A stretch of DNA of 59,312 nt, filler included. It is 4 parts of 4 records of this genome, joined end to end, with 100 filler letters (N's around TTAATTAATTAA, not from the genome) between each part and the next. Parts side by side here need not be neighbours in the genome. Positions count along the whole stretch, not along the records: positions 1 to 16,293 come from SRR31156797_2808; positions 16,394 to 47,152 come from SRR31156797_2815; 2 more parts are not named here. One strand, 5' to 3'. The position numbers were made by a program, and so were the translations under genes. How positions within the stretch are numbered: the first letter of the stretch is position 1; each line of letters starts with the position of its first letter. The notes beneath the pieces are model-generated. The model searched no databases and was not told where the DNA came from. It worked only from the letters and a program-made list of their open reading frames with translations. Positions 8,762-18,196 of the stretch are shown here, one piece after another.

Positions 8762-9528
8762 CCGCGGTTCGGGTCTTCAATGCCGACGGCCGTCAGACCG
8801 AAGCCGGATTGGTTCAAAAAATCGACCCGCGCGTTCGCATAATCGTTGCCGCCCTTTTCGCCCTGACGACCGTTTTTCAAACCGCGCTGCCGGCGCTTGC
8901 CGTCCTGTTGGCCTTGTCGCTGGTGCTGGCCTTCGGCGCCCGCCTTCCAGCCAAACCGACGGCGCGGCGATTGGCCGCGCTCGATGCCTTCATGGCGGTT
9001 GTCCTGGTGACGCTCCCGTTTTCGTTGCCGGGCACGGCCGCCTGGCAGATCGGCCCTTTCAGCGCCAGTTGGGAAGGGCTGTTCCGGGTGATCGAAATCG
9101 CCATCAAAGCGAATGCCGTGGTGTTGTCGGTCCTGGCCCTTGTCGGCACACTCGAAGCCGTTGCCTTGGGGCATGCCCTGGCCCAGCTCCGGTTTTCCAA
9201 AAAACTCGTTCACCTCCTGCTTCTGACGGTTCGCTATGTCGGTATTCTGCGCGACCAGTTTGCGAAAATGCGCATGGCCATGCGGATAAGGGCTTTCCGT
9301 CCCGACCTTTCCTGGCATACATGGCAAAGCTTCGGTTGGCTGTTCGGAATGCTCCTGGTACGAAGCGCCGAACGCGCCGAGCGCGTACTCAACGCCATGA
9401 AGTGCCGAGGCTACCGGGGAGATTTCCATTTGGTCACGGGCATGCATTTGAAGACGGCGGACTGGGCGGCCGGTACCGGCGCGATCGCCATCCTGTCGGT
9501 TGTCGCGATCTGGGGCCGCGGCCTATGA
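8758..9528 (+). CDS. nikQ: ECF transporter T component NikQ/CbiQ
   Basis: IDPRVRI, LTVRYV, MRIRAF, RSAERAERVLNAMKCRGY; ATGA overlap with the upstream gene. Confidence 0.9.
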   Translation: MTAVRVFNADGRQTEAGLVQKIDPRVRIIVAALFALTTVFQTALPALAVLLALSLVLAFGARLPAKPTARRLAALDAFMAVVLVTLPFSLPGTAAWQIGPFSASWEGLFRVIEIAIKANAVVLSVLALVGTLEAVALGHALAQLRFSKKLVHLLLLTVRYVGILRDQFAKMRMAMRIRAFRPDLSWHTWQSFGWLFGMLLVRSAERAERVLNAMKCRGYRGDFHLVTGMHLKTADWAAGTGAIAILSVVAIWGRGL

Positions 9529-10313
9529 CGCCGGCGCCTTTCCGTCTTCGCGAAGTTTCGTTCGGCTATGCCGATCGCAATATCCTGGACGGGATCGATC
9601 TGGACCTCGGCAGCGGCGAGAGGTTGGCCCTTGTCGGCGGCAACGGAACGGGAAAATCAACCCTGCTTCATCTGATGGTCGGGCTTCACAAACCCGATTC
9701 AGGATCGATTGAGGCTTTCGGGCATCGACGGAACAGGGAATCCGATTTCGAAGACCTTCGCGCCCGTGTCGGCCTTTCGTTCCAGGACCCGGACGATCAG
9801 CTGTTCTGCCCGACCGTCCTGGAAGACGTCATATTCGGTCCGCTCAATCTGGGCAAGGACCGAACCGATGCGATGGCCATCGCCCACGAGGTTCTCGCCG
9901 CGCTCGGCATCGAACAACTCGCCGATCGCGTGACCCATCGCTTGTCCGGGGGCGAAAAACGGCTGGTTTCCCTGGCCACGATCCTGTCGATGAAGCCGAA
10001 GGTTCTGTTGCTCGACGAACCGACGACCGGCCTCGACGACGACGCGATGCGGCGGCTGATCGACCATCTCGGTGGCCGGGACAGGACGATGATTTTCGTT
10101 TCCCACGACCGGATCTTTATCGAAGCCCTGGCGACACGCGCCATCTACCTTCAGGACGGCCGACTGGCCGAGGCCGAGCTGCATGCCCATCCACACAGCC
10201 ACGTCCATACCCACGTTCACATTCATACCCCCGGGATGGCCGATCACGGCCATGACGAGGCGCCGCCGGAACACCCCGATCACGAGCATGTCAGGGCCGG
10301 TTCGAAGCGTTAG
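9525..10313 (+). CDS. nikO: ECF transporter ATPase NikO/CbiO with His-rich tail
   Basis: Walker A GGNGTGKST, FQDPDDQLF, LSGGEK, LLLDEPT, VSHD; ATG 9525 overlaps the nikQ stop. Confidence 0.92.
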   Translation: MTPAPFRLREVSFGYADRNILDGIDLDLGSGERLALVGGNGTGKSTLLHLMVGLHKPDSGSIEAFGHRRNRESDFEDLRARVGLSFQDPDDQLFCPTVLEDVIFGPLNLGKDRTDAMAIAHEVLAALGIEQLADRVTHRLSGGEKRLVSLATILSMKPKVLLLDEPTTGLDDDAMRRLIDHLGGRDRTMIFVSHDRIFIEALATRAIYLQDGRLAEAELHAHPHSHVHTHVHIHTPGMADHGHDEAPPEHPDHEHVRAGSKR

Positions 10314-10345
10314 AACAATTGTCGGGGAAACGGCCGGTATGGGGA

Positions 10346-12550
10346 TCAGTCTTCGGCCAAATCGTCGGCAACGACGGCGCGGTCCGAAATGTTCCGCACG
10401 ATCGCGATACCATGCCATTGTCCGTGCCGCTGCAATGCCGACACGGAAAGTTCCGCCTGAAACTCGGAACCGTCTTTTCGAAGTGCTTCGACGGCCACCG
10501 TCCTGCCGACGAAAGGCCCCGAACCAACTTTAACGAATTGACCGAAACCGGCCTCGGCCCGCCCACGGAACCGTTCGGGCGTCAACAGATCGTGGGCGCA
10601 TTTTCCAAGGATTTCTTCGGTTTCGTATCCGAACATGCGCCGCGCCGCATCGTTCCAAAAATCGACACACCCTTTCTCGTTTATAAGAACGATCCCGTCA
10701 TGGGTCGCGCCAGCGATGCTTTTAAGCAGGTCCTCGCTTTCGCGCAGGCTCTCTTCGATTGTTTTCTGGTCGGAAATATCGGCAAAAACGCCAAGGATAC
10801 CGACGATCTCACCCGACGATCCACGCAACGGCACCTTGCTGGAAAGAATCGTCAGAACTTTCCCTCCGGCACAATAGGTACGCTCTTCGACGTTGAGGAT
10901 CGATTCGCCATGTTCGGCGACACGTCTGTCGTTGGCGGAAGCCAGGTCCGCTTCCTCGCGGTTGAGGACAAAATCGTAAATTGTCTTGCCGACAACCTGA
11001 TCCTTGCTCTCAAGCCCCCGCATCTTGACGAAGTTCTGGTTGCAGGCCTGGTAAACGCCGTTGACGTCTTTCCAAAAGACCGCGACGGGAAGCGTCTCGA
11101 TGACGGTTTCGAACAACTCCCGCTGGTCGGCAATCTCGGCCTCGACCCGCTTTCGTTCGGTAATGTCCGAAAAAATGCCGACGATCCCAACCGTTTCGCC
11201 GTCAAGATTTCGCAACGGCACCTTGCTGCTCAGATGGGTCGATTCGGAACCGTCCGGGAGGATTTGCACGTCTTCGAACTCGATCAGGCCCTGGCCGGTT
11301 TCAAAGACCTCGCGGTCCATGCGGGTAATCTCGTCAGCTTCCTCTTCGGATTCGGTAAAATCGTGAATCGACTTGCCGATCAGTTCGCTGCGGGCCGACA
11401 CCCCACGCATTTTCAAAAAGTTCGTATTGCCGCCGGCATATTTGAGGTCGCGGTTCTTCCAGTAGAGCGCGATCGGGATGTTCTCGATGATCGTCTCCAA
11501 CAGTTCGGCCTGTTCCGCCATCTTTTGTTCGGCCCGCTTGCGCCGGGTAATATCGGAACTGACCAGACCGACGCCGTAGACGGTGCCATCGAATTTCACC
11601 AAAGGGAAACGGGCTTCCATATAGGTGTGTTCGCTGCCGTCGGGTTCGGCGGTGGTCCATTCGGTCTCCAGGGTTTCGCCTGATTCCAGGACTTCGCTGT
11701 CGAGGGCGGCCAGATGCCGGGCTTCTTCCTCCGGCAGGAAATCGCCCCAGGTTTTGCCGATGACATCCTCGGCCTCGACGTCCAATCGGCGGAGGAATTC
11801 CTGATTGGCAACCAGGAACTTGTCCTTGCGGTCGCGAAGCGCGATCGCCGCGCTGCAATTCTCGATGACGTTGCGAAGCTGTTCCCGGCTTTCGCGGATA
11901 ACCTCCTGGGCCATCTGCCGGTCGGTTACGTCACGGCCGATCCCACGATATCCCAGGAATTCCCCGTCATCGTCGAAGAATGGCCGGCCGCTGGCGCGAA
12001 TGACCCGTTCCTCGCCGTCGCGGCGCATGTAAACGTAGTCGAAGGCCTTGATCGGTTCATGGGCCTGAATGGCGGCAAGGTAGCCGGCCATCTGTTCCGG
12101 ATGCAGGGGCCGGGTGGCGATTTCCAGGCGCGATTTACCGATGATTTCTTCCGGGTCGGCGCCGGTGACATGGTGAAACGCATCCGAAAGATGGGTGAAT
12201 TTGTGGTGTTCGTCGGTTTCCCAGAACCAATCGGAGGCGGCTTCGGCCATTTCGCGGAAACGGAATTCGCTTCTTTCCAACTCGCGCAACCGGCTTTCCC
12301 GGACGTGCCACGATTTCGCCAGCCGGCCCAGCGCCGCCAGGACGCCGAGCGCCAATCCGGCACCGATCAGAATTGACGTCAGGCCCGAAGCGATCACTCC
12401 GACATCGCCGGCCTCCCGGGGCTTCACGAAACCCCATTCGTACAGCGGGATGGCACAGGCAAGCGCCAGCCCTACCGCCGCGGCCGCTCGCAATACCGGA
12501 ACCTGGAGAATCCCTTTAATCACGATCAACGCTGGATCAACCAAAGACAC
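10346..12550 (-). CDS. Membrane-anchored protein with five PAS/PAC domains and no output domain
   Basis: Two N-terminal hydrophobic segments; five PAS units ending RDVT, SDIT, SDIT, ADIS and RNIS; stop about 13 aa after the last PAS. Start uncertain. Confidence 0.8.
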   Translation of the reverse strand: MSLVDPALIVIKGILQVPVLRAAAAVGLALACAIPLYEWGFVKPREAGDVGVIASGLTSILIGAGLALGVLAALGRLAKSWHVRESRLRELERSEFRFREMAEAASDWFWETDEHHKFTHLSDAFHHVTGADPEEIIGKSRLEIATRPLHPEQMAGYLAAIQAHEPIKAFDYVYMRRDGEERVIRASGRPFFDDDGEFLGYRGIGRDVTDRQMAQEVIRESREQLRNVIENCSAAIALRDRKDKFLVANQEFLRRLDVEAEDVIGKTWGDFLPEEEARHLAALDSEVLESGETLETEWTTAEPDGSEHTYMEARFPLVKFDGTVYGVGLVSSDITRRKRAEQKMAEQAELLETIIENIPIALYWKNRDLKYAGGNTNFLKMRGVSARSELIGKSIHDFTESEEEADEITRMDREVFETGQGLIEFEDVQILPDGSESTHLSSKVPLRNLDGETVGIVGIFSDITERKRVEAEIADQRELFETVIETLPVAVFWKDVNGVYQACNQNFVKMRGLESKDQVVGKTIYDFVLNREEADLASANDRRVAEHGESILNVEERTYCAGGKVLTILSSKVPLRGSSGEIVGILGVFADISDQKTIEESLRESEDLLKSIAGATHDGIVLINEKGCVDFWNDAARRMFGYETEEILGKCAHDLLTPERFRGRAEAGFGQFVKVGSGPFVGRTVAVEALRKDGSEFQAELSVSALQRHGQWHGIAIVRNISDRAVVADDLAED

Positions 12551-12856
12551 ATTTCGTCATTTTATTATTGCATAATAAAAGCGTTTGGCTTCCAAGGAAT
12601 TGAGAATAACCTGATATTACTAATCCTCAGTGAAATACCAACGAAATGCCACCCATCACAAAAATTCGCACCTGCGGATCAGCCGCCCGAAAGCCCCTAT
12701 CGCCGTTATTCCTGACAATTCGTTCCCAATCTCTGAAATGGTCCAAAATGAGGCGAGGGAAATCATTGACCCAGCAAACGGATGTTGCGCATCATTTTCC
12801 GATCGTTTCTGGGGCGCTTCCCAAATTCCAACCCTCTATTTCAGTCTGCTTCGATC

Positions 12857-14314
12857 ATGAGCCACATGGAAAATGAGAAAGTTTCGCTTTTCGACGCGCG
12901 TGTCGCAGAGATCATGGAACACGCGGATACATCTGCGGAAAACCGCGGTGCCTGGATTGACCGCAACCTCTATTTCCATGAAAGCGATTGGGATTATCTC
13001 AAGCTTATCATCCCGCCGGGCGCGAGCGTTCTTGAACTCGGATGCGGGACCGGACAGTTGCTGGCGGCTCTAAATCCCGGGCGTGGGGTCGGAATCGATC
13101 TAAGCGGAAAATCGGTTGAGTTGGCGCAAAATACCCATCCAACACTGGAATTCAGAATCGGCGATGTCCAGAAGCCGGAAACATTCGAAGGTCTTGCCGG
13201 GCCGTTCGATTTCATTGTCCTTTCGGACACAATCGGTTTCCTGGATGATTTTCAGTCTGTCCTCGAAAACGTTCGTAGCGTTGCCGATGAAAAAACCCGC
13301 GTTATCGTCGCCTACTATTCTCTGTTGTGGCGCCCCGTCGTAAGACTGGCGACAATGCTGGGTCTGATGATGCCGGCGCCCCGACGGAACTGGCTGTCGA
13401 CGCGTGACATTGCCGGGATTCTCTCCTTGGCGAATTACGATGTCATCCGCACCGATACACGTCAGATTTTGCCGAAACGCTGGTTCGGAATCGGCCCCCT
13501 GGTCAACGGCACTTTCGGACGATTGCCGTTTTTACGCTCGCTCGGCATTCGCACCTATGCGATCGCCCGAACCTGCCCGAAGAAAAAACTGGGGTTGTCT
13601 TCGATCAGCGTGATCATTCCGGCCCGGAACGAAAAAGGCAATATCGCGCCCGCCATCGAACGCATTCCGGCAATCTGCGACGACGTCGAGATCATTTTCG
13701 TCGAGGGGCACAGCCAGGACGGCACGCTGGAAGAAATCGAACGGGTCATCGCCGCCAATCCGGATCGGGATATCAAAGCTTTTGTCCAGGATGGGGTCGG
13801 CAAGGGAGATGCCGTTCGCAAGGGTTTTCGCGCAGCGCGTGGCGACGTCCTGGTTATTCAGGATGCCGATCTGACGGCGCCACCGGAAGCGCTGCCCAAA
13901 TTCTTCGACGTCCTCAATTCCGGCAAGGCGGAATTCGCAAACGGCAGCAGGCTGGTCTATCCCATGGATGGCGACGCGATGCGGGCCCTCAATTTTCTGG
14001 CCAACAAGATGTTTGCATGGGTTTTTTCGTGGCTCCTGGGACAACGCATGACGGACACCCTATGCGGCACGAAAGCCCTGTTGCGCCGAAATTATGAAGC
14101 GATGGAACGCAACCGGAAATTCTTTGGCTATTTCGATCCGTTCGGCGATTTCGACCTTATCTTTGGCAGCGCGAAATTGAACCTGAAGTTCATCGATATC
14201 CCGTTGAGGTATTATTCGCGCGACTACGGCTCGACCCAGATTTCGCGATTTCGCCACGGATGGCAACTTTTGAAAATGGTCGTCTTTGCCTGGCGCAAGC
14301 TGGTTAAAGGCTGA
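12857..14314 (+). CDS. Fusion of class I SAM methyltransferase-like domain and GT2 glycosyltransferase
   Basis: VLELGCGTG; ISVIIPARNE, FVEGHSQDGT, GKGDA, QDADL, DTLCGTKA, DPFGDFDL. Confidence 0.88.
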   Translation: MSHMENEKVSLFDARVAEIMEHADTSAENRGAWIDRNLYFHESDWDYLKLIIPPGASVLELGCGTGQLLAALNPGRGVGIDLSGKSVELAQNTHPTLEFRIGDVQKPETFEGLAGPFDFIVLSDTIGFLDDFQSVLENVRSVADEKTRVIVAYYSLLWRPVVRLATMLGLMMPAPRRNWLSTRDIAGILSLANYDVIRTDTRQILPKRWFGIGPLVNGTFGRLPFLRSLGIRTYAIARTCPKKKLGLSSISVIIPARNEKGNIAPAIERIPAICDDVEIIFVEGHSQDGTLEEIERVIAANPDRDIKAFVQDGVGKGDAVRKGFRAARGDVLVIQDADLTAPPEALPKFFDVLNSGKAEFANGSRLVYPMDGDAMRALNFLANKMFAWVFSWLLGQRMTDTLCGTKALLRRNYEAMERNRKFFGYFDPFGDFDLIFGSAKLNLKFIDIPLRYYSRDYGSTQISRFRHGWQLLKMVVFAWRKLVKG

Positions 14315-14332
14315 GTCGTGCCTTAGGCAATA

Positions 14333-15175
14333 TCAGGGCTTTCGCAGAAGGACGTTTTTCCCTGCTCCCCAGGGGATGGATGCCTCAATGTCCGATGGCG
14401 CCGCCGGAATGCGCCGACGCGTAGTCATGTCAAACATCTCATAGTTCAGGTCGTCAACGAAACGGATCAGATCGCCGAACGAGTCCGTGTGCGAAGCGTA
14501 AAGATGGGGGCAAAGTTCCATCACGATTTCGGGGGCCCGCGTCGTCAACGTATTCACCCCGCCCTTCAAGACATCCAACTCATAACCATCGACATCCAGT
14601 TTGATCAATTGGATGTCTTGCAGCCCCCATTCCTCGACAATACCGTCCAACGTTTCGGACCCGGCTCCCGCGGTCGACCGTTCGTCACCGCCAAGCGCCG
14701 TTTCCGGGCGATCGGGGCCGACAAGAGGCCAGCTCGAAACCACGGCGCCGGGAACCACTGAATTTTGCGATTCAAGCAGCATGGCTTGGCGACAGGTTAC
14801 GCGAGAACAAAGCTCCAGATTGAGAGCCAGATTGGCTTGAAGTTTACCGAACGCGAAATCGGTCGGCTCTATGGCATAGACGTGTCCCCGAGAACCGACC
14901 AAACGAGCCAGAAACAATGCATGGACACCGATATTTGCACCGACGTCGAGCACGACCGCCCCTTTCCCGACCCGCCTTCTGTAGTATGCGAAGGTATCGC
15001 GTTCGTAACAGTTCAGATAAATGGCAAGGTCGATGCCCTCCGCCAGATCAAGGCGCCATTTAAGACCGTACCGGCGGACTTCGGCGAATTGTGACCGCCC
15101 AACGAGTTTCCGTGCCGCACGGATCAACGAAGAAAGACTTCGGGCAATTCCGATCTTCGTTTTCGTGGTCAGCAT
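14333..15175 (-). CDS. FkbM-family methyltransferase
   Basis: LDVGANIG, AIEP, LIKLDVDGYE. Confidence 0.88.
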   Translation of the reverse strand: MLTTKTKIGIARSLSSLIRAARKLVGRSQFAEVRRYGLKWRLDLAEGIDLAIYLNCYERDTFAYYRRRVGKGAVVLDVGANIGVHALFLARLVGSRGHVYAIEPTDFAFGKLQANLALNLELCSRVTCRQAMLLESQNSVVPGAVVSSWPLVGPDRPETALGGDERSTAGAGSETLDGIVEEWGLQDIQLIKLDVDGYELDVLKGGVNTLTTRAPEIVMELCPHLYASHTDSFGDLIRFVDDLNYEMFDMTTRRRIPAAPSDIEASIPWGAGKNVLLRKP

Positions 15176-15981
15176 TGCCGAACTTCACCACGATCCGAAT
15201 TCATTCCGGAATTGGCCTTCTCATCCGTCAAGAACAGCACATCCGCGTATCCGCCCTGCGCCAATGCCGACAGGGTGCTTTTATCGAGCCGGGTCAGCCC
15301 GTTTGATTCGACACGGTAAGGCAAATATCCGTAATCGGACAAAAACCCGGCAAGCCCCAATACGGTGCTGCCGAAATCCTTCAAGGCCTCGTCACTCATC
15401 TCAACCATCAATGCCGGATGATCCTTCGATAAAAGCTTATTTGCTCCCTCTAAAACGATTTGCTCGGCACCTTGCACGTCCAGTTTCACCAGGCTGACTC
15501 TCAGGTCGGCGCGGTTTTCAGTCAAATCATCCAGCGTTTCGGCACGGACCACTTCGCCGCGATCTCCTATGCGGTGGTCGCCCGGATGGTCGGGATTGAT
15601 AACCAGGTGACGTCTTCCCTTACGGTCCGCCGCCACCGCCTCGACGATTTCAACTCGGCCTTCAAGACGATGGCGGAGGATCATCTTTTTGAGGCGCTCT
15701 ATATTGTCCGGTGCCGGTTCGATCGCGATGACCGTTCCGGAATCGGAAACCCAGTCAGCCGCCATTCGGCTGAAGTAGCCGATATTGGCTCCGACGTCGA
15801 TGACACAGGAACCAGACCAAACATAGGGCCTCAGCAATCCCAGTTCGGGCGCTTCAAGGTGGCGCTTATAGAAAAAATAGACCTGCTCGAAGACGCGCCT
15901 AAACGGCTCCAAGTCCAATAGGCCAATGGACTTCACCAATCGGTATGCGTATAGAAGAAGTCTCTGAAAAAGCGTTTTCAT
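15169..15981 (-). CDS. FkbM-family methyltransferase
   Basis: IDVGANIG, AIEP, VKLDVQGAE; ATG 15981 preferred over the longer ORF call. Confidence 0.88.
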   Translation of the reverse strand: MKTLFQRLLLYAYRLVKSIGLLDLEPFRRVFEQVYFFYKRHLEAPELGLLRPYVWSGSCVIDVGANIGYFSRMAADWVSDSGTVIAIEPAPDNIERLKKMILRHRLEGRVEIVEAVAADRKGRRHLVINPDHPGDHRIGDRGEVVRAETLDDLTENRADLRVSLVKLDVQGAEQIVLEGANKLLSKDHPALMVEMSDEALKDFGSTVLGLAGFLSDYGYLPYRVESNGLTRLDKSTLSALAQGGYADVLFLTDEKANSGMNSDRGEVRQC

Positions 15982-16046
15982 CGTTTCCGTTTGTATTCGT
16001 CCAATAGGCTTCGGCCTTCGTCTGTTTCGATATTTGGGAATGAATT

Positions 16047-16293
16047 TTGAGACGGTTCTCCGCTCGAACCCTGACCAAGCTGGAAACACGGCTGGCGGCA
16101 CCCGTTCCCGAATATTGTCTTGTTTTTGCGCTTTTTCTTGTTCCCGTCATCATTGCCATTACCCATGGCATCGGCCGGCCGTTTCACCAGGAACCCGATG
16201 CCGGCATTAACTGGGTTTACCAGACACTACTCGTAACCGAAGGTTTGCACCAGACGTCCTACGACCACACGGGTTTCCTTCACTTCATTCTGA
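16047..16293 (+). CDS. 5' fragment of a membrane protein, possibly GT-C/ArnT-like; truncated by the contig end
   Basis: TM segment followed by a loop with EPDA...YDHTG; sits in a glycosylation cluster; too short to be sure. Confidence 0.4.
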
Positions 16294-16393
16294 NNNNNNN
16301 NNNNNNNNNNNNNNNNNNNNNNNNNNNNNNNNNNNNNTTAATTAATTAANNNNNNNNNNNNNNNNNNNNNNNNNNNNNNNNNNNNNNNNNNNN
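16294..16393. other. Artificial contig spacer
   Basis: N44-TTAATTAATTAA-N44 (stops in all six frames); abrupt switch from GC-rich to AT-rich sequence. Confidence 0.98.
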
Positions 16394-16863
16394 CAAAAGA
16401 TAAAGGAACTGGTAAAGAGCAAAGTATTCGCATTGAGGCTTCATCTGGTTTGAGCGATGATGAAATCAAGAAAATGAAACAAGAAGCTGAAGCTAATGCT
16501 GAAGAAGATAAAAAAGCGAAAGAGAAAATTGATAAAATCAACCAGGCTGATGCTACAATCTTCCAAACTGAAAAACAGTTGAAAGAGATTGGAGATAAGA
16601 TTCCTGCTGATAAGAAAAAACCAATCGAAGATGCATTGGAAAAATTAAAAGAAGCGCATAAAAGTCAGGACGTGGATGCCATTGATACCGCTATCAATGA
16701 GTTGAACTCAGTGTTCCAGGAAGCTTCACAGGAAATCTATAATGCGCAGCAACAGCAGCAGGGCGGTCAGGCCCAGGGAGCTCAGGAGCCAACTGACGAC
16801 AAGAAAGGCAAAAAAGGTGGCGACGACGAAGTAACCGACGTTGATTTCGAAGAAGTGAAATAA
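16394..16863 (+). CDS. dnaK: Chaperone DnaK, C-terminal fragment
   Basis: [24 protein letters not shown]...[10 protein letters not shown]...[10 protein letters not shown]. Confidence 0.95.
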
Positions 16864-16883
16864 TTCATACAATATTGAAATTG

Positions 16884-16912
16884 AAGGGAGGCAGTTTTGC
16901 CTCCCTTTTTTT
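16884..16912 (+). terminator. Intrinsic terminator after dnaK
   Basis: AAGGGAGGCA-GTT-TTGCCTCCC followed by T7. Confidence 0.9.
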
Positions 16913-17019
16913 GTACTCTATCTAAGAATACTCACATTGCAAATCGTTAAATCAGTAGTAATTCTCTTGGGAATTTGCCTGAATTTTATGTAATTTCGGC
17001 AAAACCAAAAGGGTTACCT

Positions 17020-18111
17020 ATGTTTAGATGGCTATTACTTCCATTTTCATTGATATATAGTATCATAGTTTGGGCGCGCAATAAGATGTTCGATCTTAAT
17101 ATTTTGCCTTCCAAAGAATTCGATTTCCCTGTAATTGTAGTTGGAAATATAACTGTGGGAGGCACAGGTAAAACTCCTCATGTAGAGTATTTAGTGAAGT
17201 TGTTAAAAGATCAGAAAAAGGTTGGTGTGCTTAGCAGGGGCTACAAGCGTAAAACAAAAGGTTTTGTAGTGGCCAAAGCAACTGATAATGCTTCTGCAAT
17301 TGGAGATGAACCACGCCAAATTAAAAGAAAATTTCCCGATATAGCCATGGCAGTAGATGCCAATCGTGTGAAAGGGATTCAAAAATTAATGGAAGGTGCT
17401 GCAGGTTTTGATCCCGATGTAATTGTACTTGATGATGCATTTCAGCATCGCTACGTGAAACCTGGTTTATCAATTTTATTGGTTGATTATAATAGACCAC
17501 TTGAGTCAGATTATATTTTACCTTATGGTCGTTTGCGTGAAAGTATATACGAGAAAAAACGTGCGAATATTGTAATTATAACCAAAACTCCAAGGGAACT
17601 TAAGCCCATTGATCGAAGGATTATTGCAAAAGATATGAAGCTGTTCCCTTATCAAAGTCTGTATTTTACATTTTTAAAATATGGTGAATTAACTCCCGTA
17701 TTTGGAACAGAAAAAACCATAAGTCTGGAGCAATTAAAAGAGAAAGACTACAGAGTTTTATTGGTTGCAGGAATTGCTAATCCGGTACCTTTAAAAGAAC
17801 ATCTACAGAAATATGTGAAGGAGATTGAACACTTGAGCTTCCCTGATCATTATGCATATGCTCAGAAAGATGTGAAGAAAATCAAACAATTATTTGAAGG
17901 ATTGTCATCTGAAAATAAGGTGATTATTACCACTGAAAAAGATGCTGTTCGTATTTTCGATTCAAAAGCGTTTAAAGAAGCAAGCCTGCCAATTTGTTAC
18001 TTACCTATTGAAGTAGAGTTTTTAGATGACGATAGAAAAGACTTTGAGCAAAAAATAACCTCATTTATTGCCAATAATCGGCCACCTTCAATCCTTAACC
18101 GAGGAATTTAA
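17020..18111 (+). CDS. lpxK: Tetraacyldisaccharide 4'-kinase
   Basis: VGNITVGGTGKTP, LSRGY, GDEP, LDDAFQH, FPDHY, TTEKDA. Confidence 0.95.
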   Translation: MFRWLLLPFSLIYSIIVWARNKMFDLNILPSKEFDFPVIVVGNITVGGTGKTPHVEYLVKLLKDQKKVGVLSRGYKRKTKGFVVAKATDNASAIGDEPRQIKRKFPDIAMAVDANRVKGIQKLMEGAAGFDPDVIVLDDAFQHRYVKPGLSILLVDYNRPLESDYILPYGRLRESIYEKKRANIVIITKTPRELKPIDRRIIAKDMKLFPYQSLYFTFLKYGELTPVFGTEKTISLEQLKEKDYRVLLVAGIANPVPLKEHLQKYVKEIEHLSFPDHYAYAQKDVKKIKQLFEGLSSENKVIITTEKDAVRIFDSKAFKEASLPICYLPIEVEFLDDDRKDFEQKITSFIANNRPPSILNRGI

Positions 18112-18170
18112 AGCATTATTATTTTATAATCAATACCAAGTAATAAAACCCTTACACTATTAGTAGCGTT

Positions 18171-18196
18171 ACCGCGCGATTTTATCGCGTGGTTTT
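18171..18196. terminator. Hairpin between convergent lpxK and ribD
   Basis: ACCGCGCGAT-TTT-ATCGCGTGGT, overlapping the ribD stop. Confidence 0.55.

Noticed and set aside
8709-9524. N-terminal extension of the 534-aa ORF ahead of the ABC ATPase
   Set aside because: Out-of-frame overlap with nikQ; the real start is ATG 9525, coupled to the nikQ stop.
10319-11683. 454-aa plus-strand ORF with internal repeats
   Set aside because: Antisense of the PAS gene; its repeats mirror the PAS3/PAS4 duplication.
16338-16349. TTAATTAATTAA occurring three times as a biological repeat or att site
   Set aside because: Always centred in N-runs; a synthetic six-frame-stop linker.
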